Source of the DNA: Parasitella parasitica NRRL 2501
Taxonomy: Eukaryota > Fungi > Mucoromycota
DNA: 50,546 nucleotides
Reading direction: 5' to 3'
Assembly (NCBI GenBank): GCA_025201805.1
Contig: MU619399.1
Span: forward strand, 4,055-54,600
Positions 48,881 to 50,546 of the stretch are shown here, one piece after another. The notes under the pieces are model-generated. The model saw only the letters and a program-made list of their open reading frames with translations. It ran no database searches and was not told the origin of the DNA. Every line of letters begins with the position of its first letter. The stretch's first letter is position 1. The position numbers were made by a program, and so were the translations under genes.

Positions 48881-50546
48881 GATGGGAACATTATTAGGGT
48901 CATGGGAGTATTTATGTGCTTGTGAGAACTTAAATAATTTTGCCACAGAATGTGCGTTTATAAAAAAAAAGTTGAGATAGCTCATTTTTAATGACATAAT
49001 ATTGTTTCTGAGACATTTCGGTTTTTTTTTGTGCTGGTAGTAACATTTGCTACCAAATATTTGTTGAGATATTGCATTCCAAAGATCGCATCTGTTTTGA
49101 GTAAAAGTTTATTTATGCTCTCACGATCATACAAATGTTCATCTGAAAGCAAAAAGTGACGAAGAAATACCTATTTCTAACCAAAGTGTTGTTCAAAATG
49201 TTGAAGAGAACGCTGGTGGTAATAATGCTAGCTGTCAGGAACTGTGAGCTTGGCAAGATAATTGATTCGGTGAGTGTATTTATTATAAAAGACTTGATAT
49301 TGATAATAGACTTAGGATAATTGACAAGGAAAGAAAAGAGTAATGAAAGTGAATCGTATTTATATCTTTCGATATGAAACACGATTACTAATAATTACAT
49401 GGGAACTAGATGCAGTTCCGTTACATAAACACATGGGACCTGCGTAAGGTTTGGTTACATAATTCGTGGGGCATGAGCTCAATGGTGTAGGTTTCAGTCG
49501 GGAAGAGTCGTGGGTAACATTGATTGCTTGGCGTGAGTCTTGATTGGTGATGGTTTCACTTGGTGTGGGATATCGAAACATGAGAAGCTTGGCATAAGTC
49601 TTGATTGGTGTTTGTCTTGAACTGTGGAACATTACATGGTTTATGATTATGCAGTGCTTGAGTACGCATGAATCACATGTGATCTACACACTGACATAAT
49701 CTCGATCTGCATGAATTCTTGATATACTTTGACAGGCGTAGTTCATGACACTAGCACCAGTAGCAATATACTTCAATAAAGTATATATTTTGTTTGTACA
49801 TGTTTGCTTTCAAATTTTGAGATGATCTCTTGTAGCGGTGTTTTTCCATTGGCTTCTTTCTGCATGCTTAGCCCAAAACATTGCATATTGTGATGACCGA
49901 ATGCATATTTTAGCTTCTTTGTTAGCTCTCCTTGGCCTTTTTCTTTTGTTTTATCTATCTTTTTACAACTTTATGAGCTGGTATTTTAACTTAAAAAACA
50001 TACAACGTTAGCACATTTGTGCCAAATATAAGTACATTATACAGAGTAATAACATCTTCACGTATCTGTAGTTTCATCACTCAAGAAATTGTAACTTCTT
50101 TTTCATTATAAAGGAAAAGCTTTCAGTATAACTTGGTAAGAAGAAATGATACGCTACATATTTTATGTATTGCTATTATCATGGTGTACAGTATGTATTC
50201 GAGTTTATTCTAACAAACTATTAATCCTTTTGTCAATAATATATAGAGGCTCTACTCAGTTTAATCTTTCATATGAGAGCATGGTATTGCTATGTGTATT
50301 AAATTGTTTGTAGCAACTAAATGACTGACTACTTTTACTGCTGAATATAGGCAATAGCTAAAGATGATGCTATGTATGAAAATTGTTTTTGCATTATACG
50401 TCGTTTGGGTGTCAATGTCAAGGTAGTTTTGAGTACTTTTTGGCTTGCTTCTTTTGCTTTATTAACATACATACACTAAAATTAGATTTCTTCTATTATT
50501 TAGGCATGCTACAGGTATAATTTTGTGCCCAGTATCTGAACATGTA

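Noticed and set aside
49000-50546. Short ORFs at the window end
   Set aside because: No identifiable domain; likely decayed repeat DNA

Overview
Eukaryotic, intron-containing, AT-rich fungal genomic DNA. The short ~50-65 nt introns, CSL/RNF220 gene content and transposon families point to Mucorales (inference). There are two assembly gaps (9288-10147, 33284-33749). About 20 protein-coding genes are supported, many in tight head-to-head pairs: CSL transcription factor, kinase-less Mad3, VPS35, SHY1/SURF1, NOP6-like RRM protein, ISU1, PCL-type cyclin, UBA4, two tandem MARVEL-like membrane proteins, fimbrin, TRM112, RNF220-like RING protein, PCF11 (5' part in a gap), Snc1-type v-SNARE, an MDR oxidoreductase, KHDC4-like protein, acyl-CoA oxidase, an intronless bacterial-type GH36 alpha-galactosidase and COQ5. 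Decayed Tc1/IS630, PD-(D/E)XK-like and Ty3/Gypsy remnants are also present. The most interesting signals are regulatory. (1) Canonical CSL-binding sites cluster just downstream of the CSL gene, a candidate autoregulatory element. (2) PCF11 has an unusually long, structured intron at the position matching the vertebrate autoregulatory intron. (3) UBA4 and a MARVEL-like gene overlap in coding sequence, with an antisense poly(A) signal conserved inside a UBA4 intron. (4) A tandem duplication carries dead fragments of UBA4 and fimbrin. (5) A CCAAT/GATA palindrome lies upstream of ISU1. Exon boundaries were inferred by eye.
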